IMG/VR virus record: IMGVR_UViG_3300032116_014939
Span: 124,001-188,000 of that record
Reading direction: 5' to 3' (one strand)
Length of the DNA: 64,000 nt
Shown here: piece after piece, positions 38,703 through 49,415 of the stretch
Layout of the letters: the number at the start of each line of letters is the position of its first letter
Position numbering within the stretch: the first letter of the stretch is position 1
Program-made: the position numbers and the translations under genes
Notes under the pieces: model-generated
Databases searched by the model: none
Seen by the model: the letters and a program-made list of their open reading frames with translations, nothing else
Told to the model about the DNA's origin: nothing

Positions 38703-39283
38703 GTGAAAAATTTAATTTTGCAAGAGAATTAGAAGAATTAAAAAAATTGGTTGATGACTTTAGTCAATTACAGGAACAAGAATTAAATGATGAATTAGGG
38801 TTCGATATTAAGGAATTTGAGGATGCAAATCAATTTATTGGGGATGGAAAAATTACAATAAATTTTGTTTCAACGAATGAAAAAGAATTGAATTACGCGT
38901 ACGAATCAGACAGTGGATTTGATTTATACGCAAATGAAGAAGTTAAAATACCTGCATTTGGTAGGGCTTTAGTTCCAACAGGTGTTTCAGTTGATTTACC
39001 CCAAGACTTTGAGATACAAGTTAGGTCAAAGAGCGGTTTAGCCATCAATCAAGGGTTAATGGTTTTAAACTCCCCAGGAACTGTAGATGAAGGTTATACT
39101 GGTGAAATTAAAGCCATTATTTTTAATACAAACAACCATGAATTTGTGATAACAAAAGGTATGAAAGTCGCTCAAGCGGTAGTTGCAAGATGTATTACAG
39201 GTAGATGGGTTAATTTGAAAAAAGTAGATAAAATAGAAGAAAAAGATAGAGGTAGTAAAGGTTTTGGGAGTACAGGGATATGA
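38699..39283 (+). CDS. dut: Trimeric dUTPase
   Basis: DSGFDL, KSGLA, GTVDEGYTGEI, VAQ, RGSKGFGSTG. Confidence 0.92.
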   Translation: MSEKFNFARELEELKKLVDDFSQLQEQELNDELGFDIKEFEDANQFIGDGKITINFVSTNEKELNYAYESDSGFDLYANEEVKIPAFGRALVPTGVSVDLPQDFEIQVRSKSGLAINQGLMVLNSPGTVDEGYTGEIKAIIFNTNNHEFVITKGMKVAQAVVARCITGRWVNLKKVDKIEEKDRGSKGFGSTGI

Positions 39284-40785
39284 TAACAATAATATACTCA
39301 ACACATAAAGACGAAAATTATAATAAAAAATTTAAACAACATTTATTAGAAAGTGTTGATTTGAAAAATGTTCAAATATTAGAATACCAAAACAATAATC
39401 AATATTCGTTGGCTCAAATTTATAATAGTGGAATAACAGAATCAAATTATGATATTGTTGTTTGTTGTCATAATGATATTAAATTAGAAAAAGGATGGGG
39501 TAAAAAATTATTAAGAGATTTTGAAGAAAATCTTGATTTTGGTATTTTAGGTAAGGCTGGTTCATGTTATTTTCCTAAATCAGGTGTTTATTGGGAAAAT
39601 ATGCACAATACAATGGTCGGTCATGTGTATCACCAACCTGAAGGTCAACCAAAGTGGATTAGTAAATACTCGGCCAAATTACCTAAACCAATACCAGTTG
39701 TCACATTAGACGGATTATTTTTATCGTTTAATAAAAATAAAATAAAACACACATTTGATGAAACTATTGGTAAATTTCATTTTTATGACCACCCGTTTTG
39801 TTTGAGTAATTTTTTGGATGGTGTTAAATTAGGGGTAACTTTTTCATTCGATATTACACACCAATCTGTTGGTCAACCAAACCATGAATTTTATAATAGT
39901 AAAATTACATTTTTAGAAAAATACGGACAATTTTTGCCTATTGTAATTTATCCCGAAATTTATATCCCAAGAATACAAAGAAAACCAATAAAAATTGATG
40001 GTAAAGTTGCAATTATTATCCCACATAAAGATAATTTTTCTTTATTAAAAAAATGTATTTTATCTTATTTTGATAATTGTGATGAAACTATTTTTGATAT
40101 TTTTGTTGCGGATACGGGTTCTTCTAAACTTGAAAAAAAAGCTATTAAAAATTTTATATTTAATTATTCAAATATAAAGTTGATTGAATATGATTATTAT
40201 AATTTTGCAAAAATTAATAATGATGTAGTTAAAAATCATTTATTTAACGAACATACGTACATTTTATTTAGTAACAATGATATTGAACTTTTAAATGATG
40301 TGATTTATGGTATGTTAAAAATACATAAGACTATTCCCGCAGTTGGTACTGTTGGTTGTAGATTACATTTTAAAAATAAATTAATCCAACATGATGGAGT
40401 AATCATTGTAAGTGATAAAGAAAATAAAATTCAAATGCACCATAGTGGTATTAATTCTCATTATAACTTTCAAAATCAAATAAAAAAAGTACCAATCACT
40501 ACAGGTGCTCTTATGATGGTATATAGAAAGGTTTTTGAAAAATTAAATTATTTTAATGAATCATATACTGAATGTTTTGAAGATGTTGAATTTAATTTAA
40601 AATGTTTGATAAATGGATATACTAATTATTTAGATGGTAATTTAGTATCATATCACTATGAAAGTCAAACAAGAAATTTAAATTATGATAAAAATGAAAG
40701 AGTGATTGAAGATTATAAAAAAACATTATCGCCTTTTATTTCAAACAATTTTAATAAATTACAAAAATTTATATTATCAATCTAA
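39280..40785 (+). CDS. Two-domain GT-A (GT2-like) glycosyltransferase
   Basis: Domain 1 CCHND...TLDGLFL...FHFYD; domain 2 IIIPHKD...VADTGS...YNFAKINN...FSNNDI...TGALMM...FEDVEF. Confidence 0.85.
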   Translation: MITIIYSTHKDENYNKKFKQHLLESVDLKNVQILEYQNNNQYSLAQIYNSGITESNYDIVVCCHNDIKLEKGWGKKLLRDFEENLDFGILGKAGSCYFPKSGVYWENMHNTMVGHVYHQPEGQPKWISKYSAKLPKPIPVVTLDGLFLSFNKNKIKHTFDETIGKFHFYDHPFCLSNFLDGVKLGVTFSFDITHQSVGQPNHEFYNSKITFLEKYGQFLPIVIYPEIYIPRIQRKPIKIDGKVAIIIPHKDNFSLLKKCILSYFDNCDETIFDIFVADTGSSKLEKKAIKNFIFNYSNIKLIEYDYYNFAKINNDVVKNHLFNEHTYILFSNNDIELLNDVIYGMLKIHKTIPAVGTVGCRLHFKNKLIQHDGVIIVSDKENKIQMHHSGINSHYNFQNQIKKVPITTGALMMVYRKVFEKLNYFNESYTECFEDVEFNLKCLINGYTNYLDGNLVSYHYESQTRNLNYDKNERVIEDYKKTLSPFISNNFNKLQKFILSI

Positions 40786-41672
40786 TGGAAGAGAAAAAAT
40801 TAAAAATTTTATTTGGGTGTCTTTTATACCGAGACTTCACAGGTTCTGAAATGTATGTATTTGAACTTTGTAAAAATTTAGTTAAAAACGGACATGATGT
40901 TAGTGTAGTTTCACCTTCAATAGAAGGTCCAATAAGATACCTATCAGAATCATTAGGAATTAAAGTTTACGATTTCAACAATGCCCCTGTTCATGAAAAT
41001 TTTGATATAATACACGGACAACATTATCCTGTTGTTGAAATTTTGGTACACGCATTCCCAAACACACCAATAATTACAACAATTCATTCTGAAGTTATTG
41101 AATTAGAAAATCCAGTAATTTCTCCAAATATTAAAAAATACATCTGTATAAGACCTGAAATTAAACAACATATTATTAATAATTTTAAAATTGATATTAA
41201 TTCAACTACAATTATTTATAACCCAATAGATGAATCAAGATTTAATCAAAACAATACTGAAAATTCTAACTCAGTACTTTTTGTCGGTACTATAGATTAT
41301 TTACGTAAAAATTCAATTTTTGATATTTCAGATTATTGTGAAAAAAACAATAAAGAACTTTGGTTAGTTGGTAAAAACCACTCAAATTATTTGAATGAAC
41401 TAACAACTAAACCACATGTTAAATACTTTAGTGAAACAAGTTCTGTTGAGGAGTTCACAAAAAAATGTGGTGAAACTGCGGGTATATTATTGGGTAGAAC
41501 AACTATTGAAGGATGGATGTGTGGCAAAAAGGGTTGGATTTATAATATCAATAGTAATGGGAATATTATTGATAAAAAATTACACGATGTCCCTGAAAAT
41601 ATTGGTCAATTTGAATCGTCAAATGTTTGTAAAGAAATAACAAACGAATATATTAAAATATTAAATCAATGA
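40785..41672 (+). CDS. Glycosyltransferase, GT-B fold (GT4-like)
   Basis: FTGSEMYVFEL, DIIHGQH, IYNPID, LFVG, GRTTIEGWMCG. Confidence 0.8.
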   Translation: MEEKKLKILFGCLLYRDFTGSEMYVFELCKNLVKNGHDVSVVSPSIEGPIRYLSESLGIKVYDFNNAPVHENFDIIHGQHYPVVEILVHAFPNTPIITTIHSEVIELENPVISPNIKKYICIRPEIKQHIINNFKIDINSTTIIYNPIDESRFNQNNTENSNSVLFVGTIDYLRKNSIFDISDYCEKNNKELWLVGKNHSNYLNELTTKPHVKYFSETSSVEEFTKKCGETAGILLGRTTIEGWMCGKKGWIYNINSNGNIIDKKLHDVPENIGQFESSNVCKEITNEYIKILNQ

Positions 41673-42727
41673 AAAAAACAATCATAACTATCACCGGTAT
41701 TAGACCCGATTTTATAAGAATGTCTGAAATTTTTAAAAAATTAGATAACAATTTTAATCATATATTAATACACACAGGACAACATTATGATAAAATGTTA
41801 TCTGATGTATTTTTTGATGAGTTATCAATACGTAAACCTGATTTTAATTTAGAAATCGGCTCAAAGGGAAAAGAACATTTTCACCAACAGGCAGATTTAT
41901 CTGTCAAAATAATTGACTTAATCCGTAATGAAAATATAAATCCTGATTTAATAATTTTTTTAGGTGATTCAAATTCGGCTTTAGCATCGGTACCTCTTAA
42001 AAAAGAGGGGTATAAAATTGCCCACATTGAGGCAGGTATGAGGTCGGGTGATAAAAGAATGCTTGAAGAAATTAATAGAATTGTTTGTGACCATTGTAGT
42101 GACCTTTTGTTTGTTTATCATGATAATTACAAAGAAAAATTGATTAGAGAATCAATTAATCCAAAATCAATTTATGTTGTAGGAAATACAATTAAAGAGG
42201 TTGCAAATAAAATAGAATTAAATAAATCTAAAAAAAATAATAAAATAATTTTAGATATTCATAGACCTGAAAATTTTAATAGTAAGGAACGTTTAAAAAA
42301 CATATTAAACTATGCTAATATTTGTTCCCAAAGATTTGGGATACCTGTTGAAATGTTATCATTTAAAAGAACTATTGATAAAATATCCGAATTTAATTTA
42401 GATTTAGAAAATATTAAAGTAATTGATTTATTATCTTTTAAAAATTATATAAATGAAATGTACCATTCTAAGTTTATAATTTCAGATTCAGGTACAGCTC
42501 AAGAAGAACCTTGTTTATTTAATACTCCAGTTATTGTCCCAAGAGATTTTACTGAAAGACCTGAATCGGTTGAATCTGGATGTTCATATATGATTAATGT
42601 AAACGAATTAGATGTTTCGTGGATTGAGTCATTTAATTATCTATCAAATTATAACTCAAACACAGATTGGTTAGGAGATGGTAAAACATCCGACAAAATT
42701 ATTGAAATATTAAAAGAAAAATTATGA
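41669..42727 (+). CDS. wecB: UDP-N-acetylglucosamine 2-epimerase (non-hydrolysing; WecB/FnlC family)
   Basis: GIRPD, HTGQHY, HIEAGMRS, HRPEN, SDSG..QEE, RDFTERPE. Confidence 0.9.
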   Translation: MKKTIITITGIRPDFIRMSEIFKKLDNNFNHILIHTGQHYDKMLSDVFFDELSIRKPDFNLEIGSKGKEHFHQQADLSVKIIDLIRNENINPDLIIFLGDSNSALASVPLKKEGYKIAHIEAGMRSGDKRMLEEINRIVCDHCSDLLFVYHDNYKEKLIRESINPKSIYVVGNTIKEVANKIELNKSKKNNKIILDIHRPENFNSKERLKNILNYANICSQRFGIPVEMLSFKRTIDKISEFNLDLENIKVIDLLSFKNYINEMYHSKFIISDSGTAQEEPCLFNTPVIVPRDFTERPESVESGCSYMINVNELDVSWIESFNYLSNYNSNTDWLGDGKTSDKIIEILKEKL

Positions 42728-43533
42728 TTTCCATTGTTACTGCGTATCACAATCGAAAAAAAATATTTATTAAAACATTAGAAAGTTTTAAAAAAAGTAG
42801 TTTTACTGATTTTGAAGTTATCGCTGTCGATGACTGTAGTCACGAAGATGAAAGATTAGAAGATTTGGTAGACGAATTTCCTTTTTTAAAAATTGTTAGA
42901 TTAGAAAAAAAAGATAAATGGTATGTAAATCCATGTGTTCCTTTTAACGTCGGATTTAACCACGCATCAGGTGATAAAATTATTATACAAAATCCTGAAT
43001 GTTTACATTCAGATGATATTTTAAATTTTGTAAACGAAAATTTAATTGATAATGATTATTTATCATTTGCTTGTTATTCTTTAAGTGAAATTCAAACATC
43101 GGCAGTGTTACAACTTAATGATTTTAAATCATTTATTAACCCCTCAACATATAAAAAAATATCAGTAGTTAATGATGGTGATGAAGGATGGTATAATCAT
43201 TCATTATATCGACCAAAATCTTATCATTTTTGTACCGCAATAACTAAAAAAGATTTAAAAGAATTAGGAGGATTTGACGAAAGATTTGCAACTGGAGTAG
43301 CGTTTGATGATGATGAATTTATACATAGAATTCGTCTTAAATTAAATGTAAGGTTTATTGATGATTTTGTTGCTCTTCATTTATGGCATTACGGAAATGA
43401 TAAAAATGCAACAGTAACAAATAGAGTAAATATGGATAATAAATTTTGGGAAATGTGGAATAAAAATAATTACTTATTCAATTATGTGACTAAAATTGAA
43501 AATAAATACACAATTAATAATTTAATTAAATGA
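42724..43533 (+). CDS. GT2 glycosyltransferase
   Basis: ISIVTAYHNR, IAVDDCS, GGFDERF...DDDEF. Confidence 0.85.
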   Translation: MISIVTAYHNRKKIFIKTLESFKKSSFTDFEVIAVDDCSHEDERLEDLVDEFPFLKIVRLEKKDKWYVNPCVPFNVGFNHASGDKIIIQNPECLHSDDILNFVNENLIDNDYLSFACYSLSEIQTSAVLQLNDFKSFINPSTYKKISVVNDGDEGWYNHSLYRPKSYHFCTAITKKDLKELGGFDERFATGVAFDDDEFIHRIRLKLNVRFIDDFVALHLWHYGNDKNATVTNRVNMDNKFWEMWNKNNYLFNYVTKIENKYTINNLIK

Positions 43534-44324
43534 AAATAGTAGGATTTACACAATTAAGAAATGAATTATCAAAAGGAAATTTACATAATTGGTTAAAACA
43601 AATGTTTGAAATATGTGAATACGTTTATGTATACGACCAAAATTCTGATGATGGTAGTAAAGAAATTTATAAAAATTTTTCTAATTTACGAGTAATTGAG
43701 TCAGAAATAAATGATTTTAAAAATGAAATATCGTGTAAGAAAAAATTGTTAGATACTCTACTACTTGAGCAACCTGACACTGAATTTATTATATGGTTAG
43801 ATGGTGATTCACTTTTAGATAGTCGTTTAACTAATGATAACAATAAAATTTTAATTGATATTTGTAACTACGCTAAAAACAATAATATTGACGGTATATT
43901 GTTGGGTCATTACAATCTATGGAGAAGTGACATCCACTATAGAATAGATAACGCTTATCATAGTTTAAGTCATGGGGTTTGTGCAATATGGAGAAATAAT
44001 AAAAATTTAAATTTTCAGTCAATTCACGGGTTACACCAACCTCAATATCCAAATGGAATTGTAACAACCATTAAAATACCTTATAGTATAATACATAGAG
44101 GTTTTGCGACTGACTATCAAATTATTACTAAATATAATGTTTATAAAAGTTATGGCCAAGACGGATGGGCACTTGAGAGATTATTAGACGAAACTACGTT
44201 AGAAGTTGTTGAATTAGATACTAATATATTACCTTCATGGTTTAAAATTACTGACGCAACTAATCCAAAAGAAAAAGAAAAAATAATTAATATTTTTAAA
44301 AAACAAAATGAAGAAATCAATTGA
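43530..44324 (+). CDS. GT2-like glycosyltransferase
   Basis: RNE, YDQNSDDGS, WLDGD, IIHRG. Confidence 0.75.
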   Translation: MKIVGFTQLRNELSKGNLHNWLKQMFEICEYVYVYDQNSDDGSKEIYKNFSNLRVIESEINDFKNEISCKKKLLDTLLLEQPDTEFIIWLDGDSLLDSRLTNDNNKILIDICNYAKNNNIDGILLGHYNLWRSDIHYRIDNAYHSLSHGVCAIWRNNKNLNFQSIHGLHQPQYPNGIVTTIKIPYSIIHRGFATDYQIITKYNVYKSYGQDGWALERLLDETTLEVVELDTNILPSWFKITDATNPKEKEKIINIFKKQNEEIN

Positions 44325-45033
44325 AATTATTTCATTAATTTTTAAATCAGTAGAATACTTAGATTTAATACATAAAGAATTAACTAGTGAAAAATGTAAA
44401 GTTAATGGTTGGGATGTCTCAATAAGAATTGTCGCAAATGATGCAACAGATGAGATTATAAATAAATTAACAAAATTAGATATACCATATTCAATTTATA
44501 ATGACCCAATTCCTAATGATTATTATTTAAATAGAGTTTATAGATGTTGGAATTACGCCGGTAAAACTAGTAAATCAGATAATATTTGTTTTGTTAATTC
44601 AGATATGGTCTTTAGTAATGGATGGTTAGAAAATTTATTAAAACATCACGATGGTACTAATATACCAACATCTAGATTAGTTGAGAGTGGTAAAATGAGG
44701 AGTGGAACTTATGGTATTAGTATTGATTGTGGTAAAAGTCCTAAAAAAATTGATTATGAACTTTGGGAAAAAGTTAATACATCTATGAGGGAGGATAACA
44801 TTTATTCAGGTGGTTTATACATGCCATGTATTTTTGAAAAAACTCGATTTATTGAAAGTGGTATGTATCCTGAAGGTAACATTTATACTGATGGAGTTGG
44901 TACTTTAAATGGGTTTGTTCAAAGTGGAGATGACTGGTATTTTAGAAAATTAGAATCAACTTATGGGATGAGACATGTTACAGTATTTGATTCATTAGTT
45001 TATCATATACAAGAAGGTGAAAAAGACGATTAA
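44308..45033 (+). CDS. GT-A-like glycosyltransferase
   Basis: FVNSDMVFSNGWLENL, SGDDWYF, LVYHIQEGE. Confidence 0.7.
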   Translation: MKKSIEIISLIFKSVEYLDLIHKELTSEKCKVNGWDVSIRIVANDATDEIINKLTKLDIPYSIYNDPIPNDYYLNRVYRCWNYAGKTSKSDNICFVNSDMVFSNGWLENLLKHHDGTNIPTSRLVESGKMRSGTYGISIDCGKSPKKIDYELWEKVNTSMREDNIYSGGLYMPCIFEKTRFIESGMYPEGNIYTDGVGTLNGFVQSGDDWYFRKLESTYGMRHVTVFDSLVYHIQEGEKDD

Positions 45034-45057
45034 AATATTAAAGATATACAAAATAAA

Positions 45058-45468
45058 ATGGAAAAAATATATTCTAAAATTAATGGAGAACTCCTTCATC
45101 AAATTGTGAGATTATCTGATGTTACTTCTGAACGAACTGATTTAAGCTTAGATAAAAACTACCTTCAATGTGCCAGTTTAAAATTATCTAAAGGACATAC
45201 ATTTAAACCTCACAAACATAATATAATCCCAAGACATGATGAAAATTACATACCTCAGGAAAGTTGGTGTGTTATAAAAGGAAAGGTAAAATGTATTTTC
45301 TATGACATTGATGATAATATAATTGCGGAACCTATATTATCCGCAGGTGATATTAGTTTTACATTTAATGGTGGTCATAATTATTTGATTTTAGAAGACG
45401 ATACTATTGTATATGAATACAAAACAGGGCCATATTTTGGTCAAACAATTGATAAAACTTTTATTTGA
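45058..45468 (+). CDS. Cupin-fold protein (WbuC-like)
   Basis: PHKH...QESW...GGHNY...EYKTGPY. Confidence 0.75.
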   Translation: MEKIYSKINGELLHQIVRLSDVTSERTDLSLDKNYLQCASLKLSKGHTFKPHKHNIIPRHDENYIPQESWCVIKGKVKCIFYDIDDNIIAEPILSAGDISFTFNGGHNYLILEDDTIVYEYKTGPYFGQTIDKTFI

Positions 45469-45992
45469 TGAAAATAGGTAGTGATGTTGTTTTAGATTTA
45501 GATATAATAATAAAAGAAAAAAATAATTGTGTTATAGGTAGTCATGTTGCAATAGATAAAGGATTTTATTGTACAACAAAATTATATATTGGTGATTATA
45601 CACATATTAGTCCTTATGTAACAATTATAGGTGGTAAAAACTCAGATTTTACGGCCAAAGGGTTTAATAACATAATGGCCGGAGCTAGAATTGTATGTGG
45701 TTCAGATAGATTTGATGATAGTGGATTATTTGGAGCGATGATACCTGAAGAATTAAAAGGTACTCAAATAATTAAACCTGTTCTTATGGAAGAATTTTCT
45801 AATATCGGAACAAATTCTATTGTATTACCCGGCTCAAGATTAAGACGTGGTGTTCTATTATCCGCAGGTAGTTTATTAATGGGTGATACTGAAGAATGGG
45901 GGGTATATAAGGGAAATCCAGCAATTTTAGTTAAAAAAATAGATAGTACAAGAATACTTTACAACGCGAAAAAATTAGGATATAATTATTAA
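45465..45992 (+). CDS. Left-handed beta-helix sugar acetyltransferase
   Basis: Hexapeptide repeats; IGTNSIVLPG...GVYKGNPA. Confidence 0.85.
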   Translation: MMKIGSDVVLDLDIIIKEKNNCVIGSHVAIDKGFYCTTKLYIGDYTHISPYVTIIGGKNSDFTAKGFNNIMAGARIVCGSDRFDDSGLFGAMIPEELKGTQIIKPVLMEEFSNIGTNSIVLPGSRLRRGVLLSAGSLLMGDTEEWGVYKGNPAILVKKIDSTRILYNAKKLGYNY

Positions 45993-45996
45993 TCTT

Positions 45997-46605
45997 ATGG
46001 AACAAGTGAATATGGATACTGTGACGGAATTTGAAAAAAAGATATCACAATTTTACAACGCCCCTTACGCAGTTGCTGTAGATAGTTGTACTCATGGTAT
46101 AGAGTTATGTTTAAGATTAACAAATACTACTAAAATTAACGTCCCATTACGAACTTATTTATCCGTACCCATGTTGTCTAAAAAATTGGGGATTGGATTA
46201 GAATGGAGAGATGAAAAATGGGAAGATTACTACACTTTAAATTACGAAGAAAAAAAAATAATTGACGCAGCAGTACTGTGGAAAAAAGACAGTTATATTC
46301 CAAATACGTATATGTGTTTAAGTTTTCAATTTCAAAAACATTTAAGTTTAGGTAGAGGTGGAATGATTCTTTTGGACAACGAACAAGATGCTATTCAGTT
46401 AAAAAAAATGAGTTATGACGGTAGACTACCCAATATTCCATGGAGAGAACAAAATATCGATACAATGGGTTACCATTACTATATGACTCCTGAAACCGCT
46501 AAATTAGGATTAGATAAATTATCTAATGCCATTAATACAAATCCTAGAAAATGGAAATATGAGGATTGGCCAGATTTGACTAAAATGAATTTTTTTAAAA
46601 GTTAA
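45997..46605 (+). CDS. Short DegT/DnrJ/EryC1/StrS PLP sugar aminotransferase
   Basis: YAVAVDSCTHG, IIDAA, SFQFQKHL (PLP Lys), GRGGM, GYHYYM; only 202 aa. Confidence 0.85.
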   Translation: MEQVNMDTVTEFEKKISQFYNAPYAVAVDSCTHGIELCLRLTNTTKINVPLRTYLSVPMLSKKLGIGLEWRDEKWEDYYTLNYEEKKIIDAAVLWKKDSYIPNTYMCLSFQFQKHLSLGRGGMILLDNEQDAIQLKKMSYDGRLPNIPWREQNIDTMGYHYYMTPETAKLGLDKLSNAINTNPRKWKYEDWPDLTKMNFFKS

Positions 46606-46614
46606 AAATAAAAT

Positions 46615-47586
46615 ATGATTAAACGTGCATTTATAACCGGTGTGGGTGGCCAAGATGGGTCATATCTAGCGGAATATCTTTTATCATTAGGATATGAAGT
46701 TCATGGTATTATACGAAGAAATTCTACACCTGAACACCAACAAAGTAGACTTGACGAAATTCGAGACAAAATAAATATATATTATGGTGACTTGTTAGAC
46801 CAATCTAATATTGAAAGATTATTAAGTGAAATACAACCTGACGAAATATACAACTTAGCCGCTCAAAGTCATGTACGTATTAGTTACGATATCCCACAAT
46901 TTACATCACAAGTTAATTCTTTAGGTGTTTTAAATATTTTAGATGCTTATCGTAGAGTTTGTCCTAACGCAAAATTTTATCAAGCAAGTAGTTCGGAAAT
47001 GTTTGGAAGTTCGGTAGACCCTGATGGGTACCAAAGAGAAACAACTCATATGAATCCAGTTTCACCATATGGATGTAGTAAAGTATTTGGGTATAATATT
47101 GTTCGAAATTATAGAAACGCATATAATTTACATGCTAATAATGGTATTTTATTCAATCATGAATCTCCTCGTAGAGGTTCTAATTTTGTTACTAATAAAG
47201 TAGTTAAAGCCGCGGTGATGATAAGTTTAGGTTTATCTGATAAATTAGAACTTGGTAACATGGATTCATATAGAGATTGGGGACATTCCAAAGACTATGT
47301 AAAAGCAATGCATTTAATATTACAACAGGATAAACCAGTCGACTTAGTTGTGGCAACTGGGGAGTCAAGGTCAGTTAGAGATATGTGTGAATATGTTTTT
47401 AGTAAATTAAATTTAAATTATAAAGACTATGTTGTTCAAAATGATAAGTTTTTACGTCCTGAAGAATTACCATACCTTAAAGGTGACTCAAGTAAAATTA
47501 GGTCTTTAGGATGGAAACCTGAATATAGTTTTGAGACAATGATGGATGAAATGATTGATTATTGGTTAAACATTTATAAAAAATAA
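46615..47586 (+). CDS. gmd: GDP-mannose 4,6-dehydratase
   Basis: ITGVGGQDGSYLAE, NLAAQSHV, QASSSEMFG, SPYGCSK, ILFNHES, RDWGH. Confidence 0.95.
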   Translation: MIKRAFITGVGGQDGSYLAEYLLSLGYEVHGIIRRNSTPEHQQSRLDEIRDKINIYYGDLLDQSNIERLLSEIQPDEIYNLAAQSHVRISYDIPQFTSQVNSLGVLNILDAYRRVCPNAKFYQASSSEMFGSSVDPDGYQRETTHMNPVSPYGCSKVFGYNIVRNYRNAYNLHANNGILFNHESPRRGSNFVTNKVVKAAVMISLGLSDKLELGNMDSYRDWGHSKDYVKAMHLILQQDKPVDLVVATGESRSVRDMCEYVFSKLNLNYKDYVVQNDKFLRPEELPYLKGDSSKIRSLGWKPEYSFETMMDEMIDYWLNIYKK

Positions 47587-47594
47587 AACATACT

Positions 47595-48518
47595 ATGGAT
47601 AATAAAATTGGGTGGTTAGTTAACGATACACTTACGTGTATTCCAAACACGAGAACATTTTGGCATGACCTATTAGAATGGTTTCCAGGCCTTCAAGATA
47701 AATGTGACGGATATACAAGTTATGCAATATTAGCTGATAAAATAGAATCTATTAGAGAGCGCCCTGATTATATAATTAGAAATGGAAGTTATTTTCGTAA
47801 ACTTAATATTGATGTCCCAACATTCTGTCTAATACAAGATACTATGGATAATCCAATGCAAACTGAAGTTATAAATTCATGTACTTGTGTTGTATTTGCG
47901 TCTAAACAAACGTATAATCTTTATAAAGAAAGAATTAATCCAAAAAATGTAAGAGTAATTGAACAATCATCAGATTTTAATTTTTTTAAACCTATTCCTG
48001 AAAGACATCCAGAAGTTTTACCTAATTCAATTATTTTTATAGGTGATTCTTCTCATGAAAAAAAAGGATTTCATAGAGTTTTAAACCTCATTGAAACAAT
48101 GACGGATTTTAATTTTTGTTTAGTAATGAAAGATAATACAACTATTGACGCAATTCCTGAACATAATAGAAATAGAGTAAGAATATTTAACAGAGTTGAC
48201 ACAAATACAGTTAGACTTTTAATAAATTCATCAGTGTGTGGTATTTGTACATCAGGAAATGAAGAAGGTCATTTTGCAGGAATTGAAATAGGTGCATGTG
48301 ACATACCAATGGTTGCAAGACCTATGGGATGTTATTTAGATAGACAAGATGATAAAACATGGGGGTTAGTATCTAACGATGAAAATTTTCCTGAAACAAT
48401 AAGATACGTTATTAGTAATCGAAATCTTTTTTCACCACGAGAATATTATTCAAAAGAATATACTTTAGAACGTTGTCGTGAAAAATGGAATAATTTAATT
48501 AATGAATTTGTTAAATAA
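47595..48518 (+). CDS. Glycosyltransferase, GT-B fold (GT4-like)
   Basis: FIGDSSHEKKG, EEGHFAGIEIGACDIPMVA. Confidence 0.75.
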   Translation: MDNKIGWLVNDTLTCIPNTRTFWHDLLEWFPGLQDKCDGYTSYAILADKIESIRERPDYIIRNGSYFRKLNIDVPTFCLIQDTMDNPMQTEVINSCTCVVFASKQTYNLYKERINPKNVRVIEQSSDFNFFKPIPERHPEVLPNSIIFIGDSSHEKKGFHRVLNLIETMTDFNFCLVMKDNTTIDAIPEHNRNRVRIFNRVDTNTVRLLINSSVCGICTSGNEEGHFAGIEIGACDIPMVARPMGCYLDRQDDKTWGLVSNDENFPETIRYVISNRNLFSPREYYSKEYTLERCREKWNNLINEFVK

Positions 48519-48525
48519 TACATAT

Positions 48526-49350
48526 ATGAAATTTACGGTAGAAATAAAATCTGGTTTATGTAATGTTTTAAAATCTTTTGTCACCGCTTTAAGTATAGGT
48601 GAAACTAATATTTTACCTAGATTTGACGCACATTTTGACGCTGATTATCGAGAAATTTTAGATGATAGTTTAATTTGCCATAACCCACACGAATTTGGTA
48701 ATTCTTTTATTTCTGCAAGATTTTTAGTTTTAAAATCAGAAGAAACAGAACAACCTGATTTAATAAACGACGCTAAAGCTTTAGGTGACCACCCTAATAT
48801 CGTAAATAAATCACTTTCTTATTTATTTTCAACACATTCAATTGATTGGTTTTTTAATAGAAATTTAATATGTGATACAGTATTTAACAGAATACAAAAA
48901 GGAATTAGTAAAATTAAATGGAGACCTGAAGTTTTATCCGAAGTTGATAGAGTGTCAAAACATTTTGAATACCCATTACTTACCATACAAATAAGAACTT
49001 GGACTCATCAATTTGACCCTCCAAACTGTACAAGTATTCGAGACGGAGTTATTAGAGATTATAATTTTGAAACTTATAAAAATGCAATTAATGAATTTTT
49101 ACCAAAAGTAAAAACTATTTTTCTTACTTCAGATAACGACAGTGTTTTACCTGAATATTTAGAATATTTAAAAGACTACAATGTAATAACTTACACTAAA
49201 CCAGATAATGTTACTCAAATGCAATATTCTACAGCAACTATGTTAATAGCCTCAAAATGTGATATGTTGGTTTGTAATCGTCTTAGTACATTTTCAGAAT
49301 GTATTTGGTGGTTTGGCGGATGTAAAGCCGAAACAATACCTGTTTTTTAA
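48526..49350 (+). CDS. Fucosyltransferase-like GT-B protein (NodZ/POFUT/GT11-like); alternative start 48502
   Basis: GLCNVLK, TIQIRT, IFLTSDN, MLIASKCDMLVCNRLSTFS. Confidence 0.6.
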   Translation: MKFTVEIKSGLCNVLKSFVTALSIGETNILPRFDAHFDADYREILDDSLICHNPHEFGNSFISARFLVLKSEETEQPDLINDAKALGDHPNIVNKSLSYLFSTHSIDWFFNRNLICDTVFNRIQKGISKIKWRPEVLSEVDRVSKHFEYPLLTIQIRTWTHQFDPPNCTSIRDGVIRDYNFETYKNAINEFLPKVKTIFLTSDNDSVLPEYLEYLKDYNVITYTKPDNVTQMQYSTATMLIASKCDMLVCNRLSTFSECIWWFGGCKAETIPVF

Positions 49351-49415
49351 GATGAATAAAAACAACACTTAATGTTTACTGTATCCATATTTTTTATTAA
49401 TTTAAAATAAAAAAT

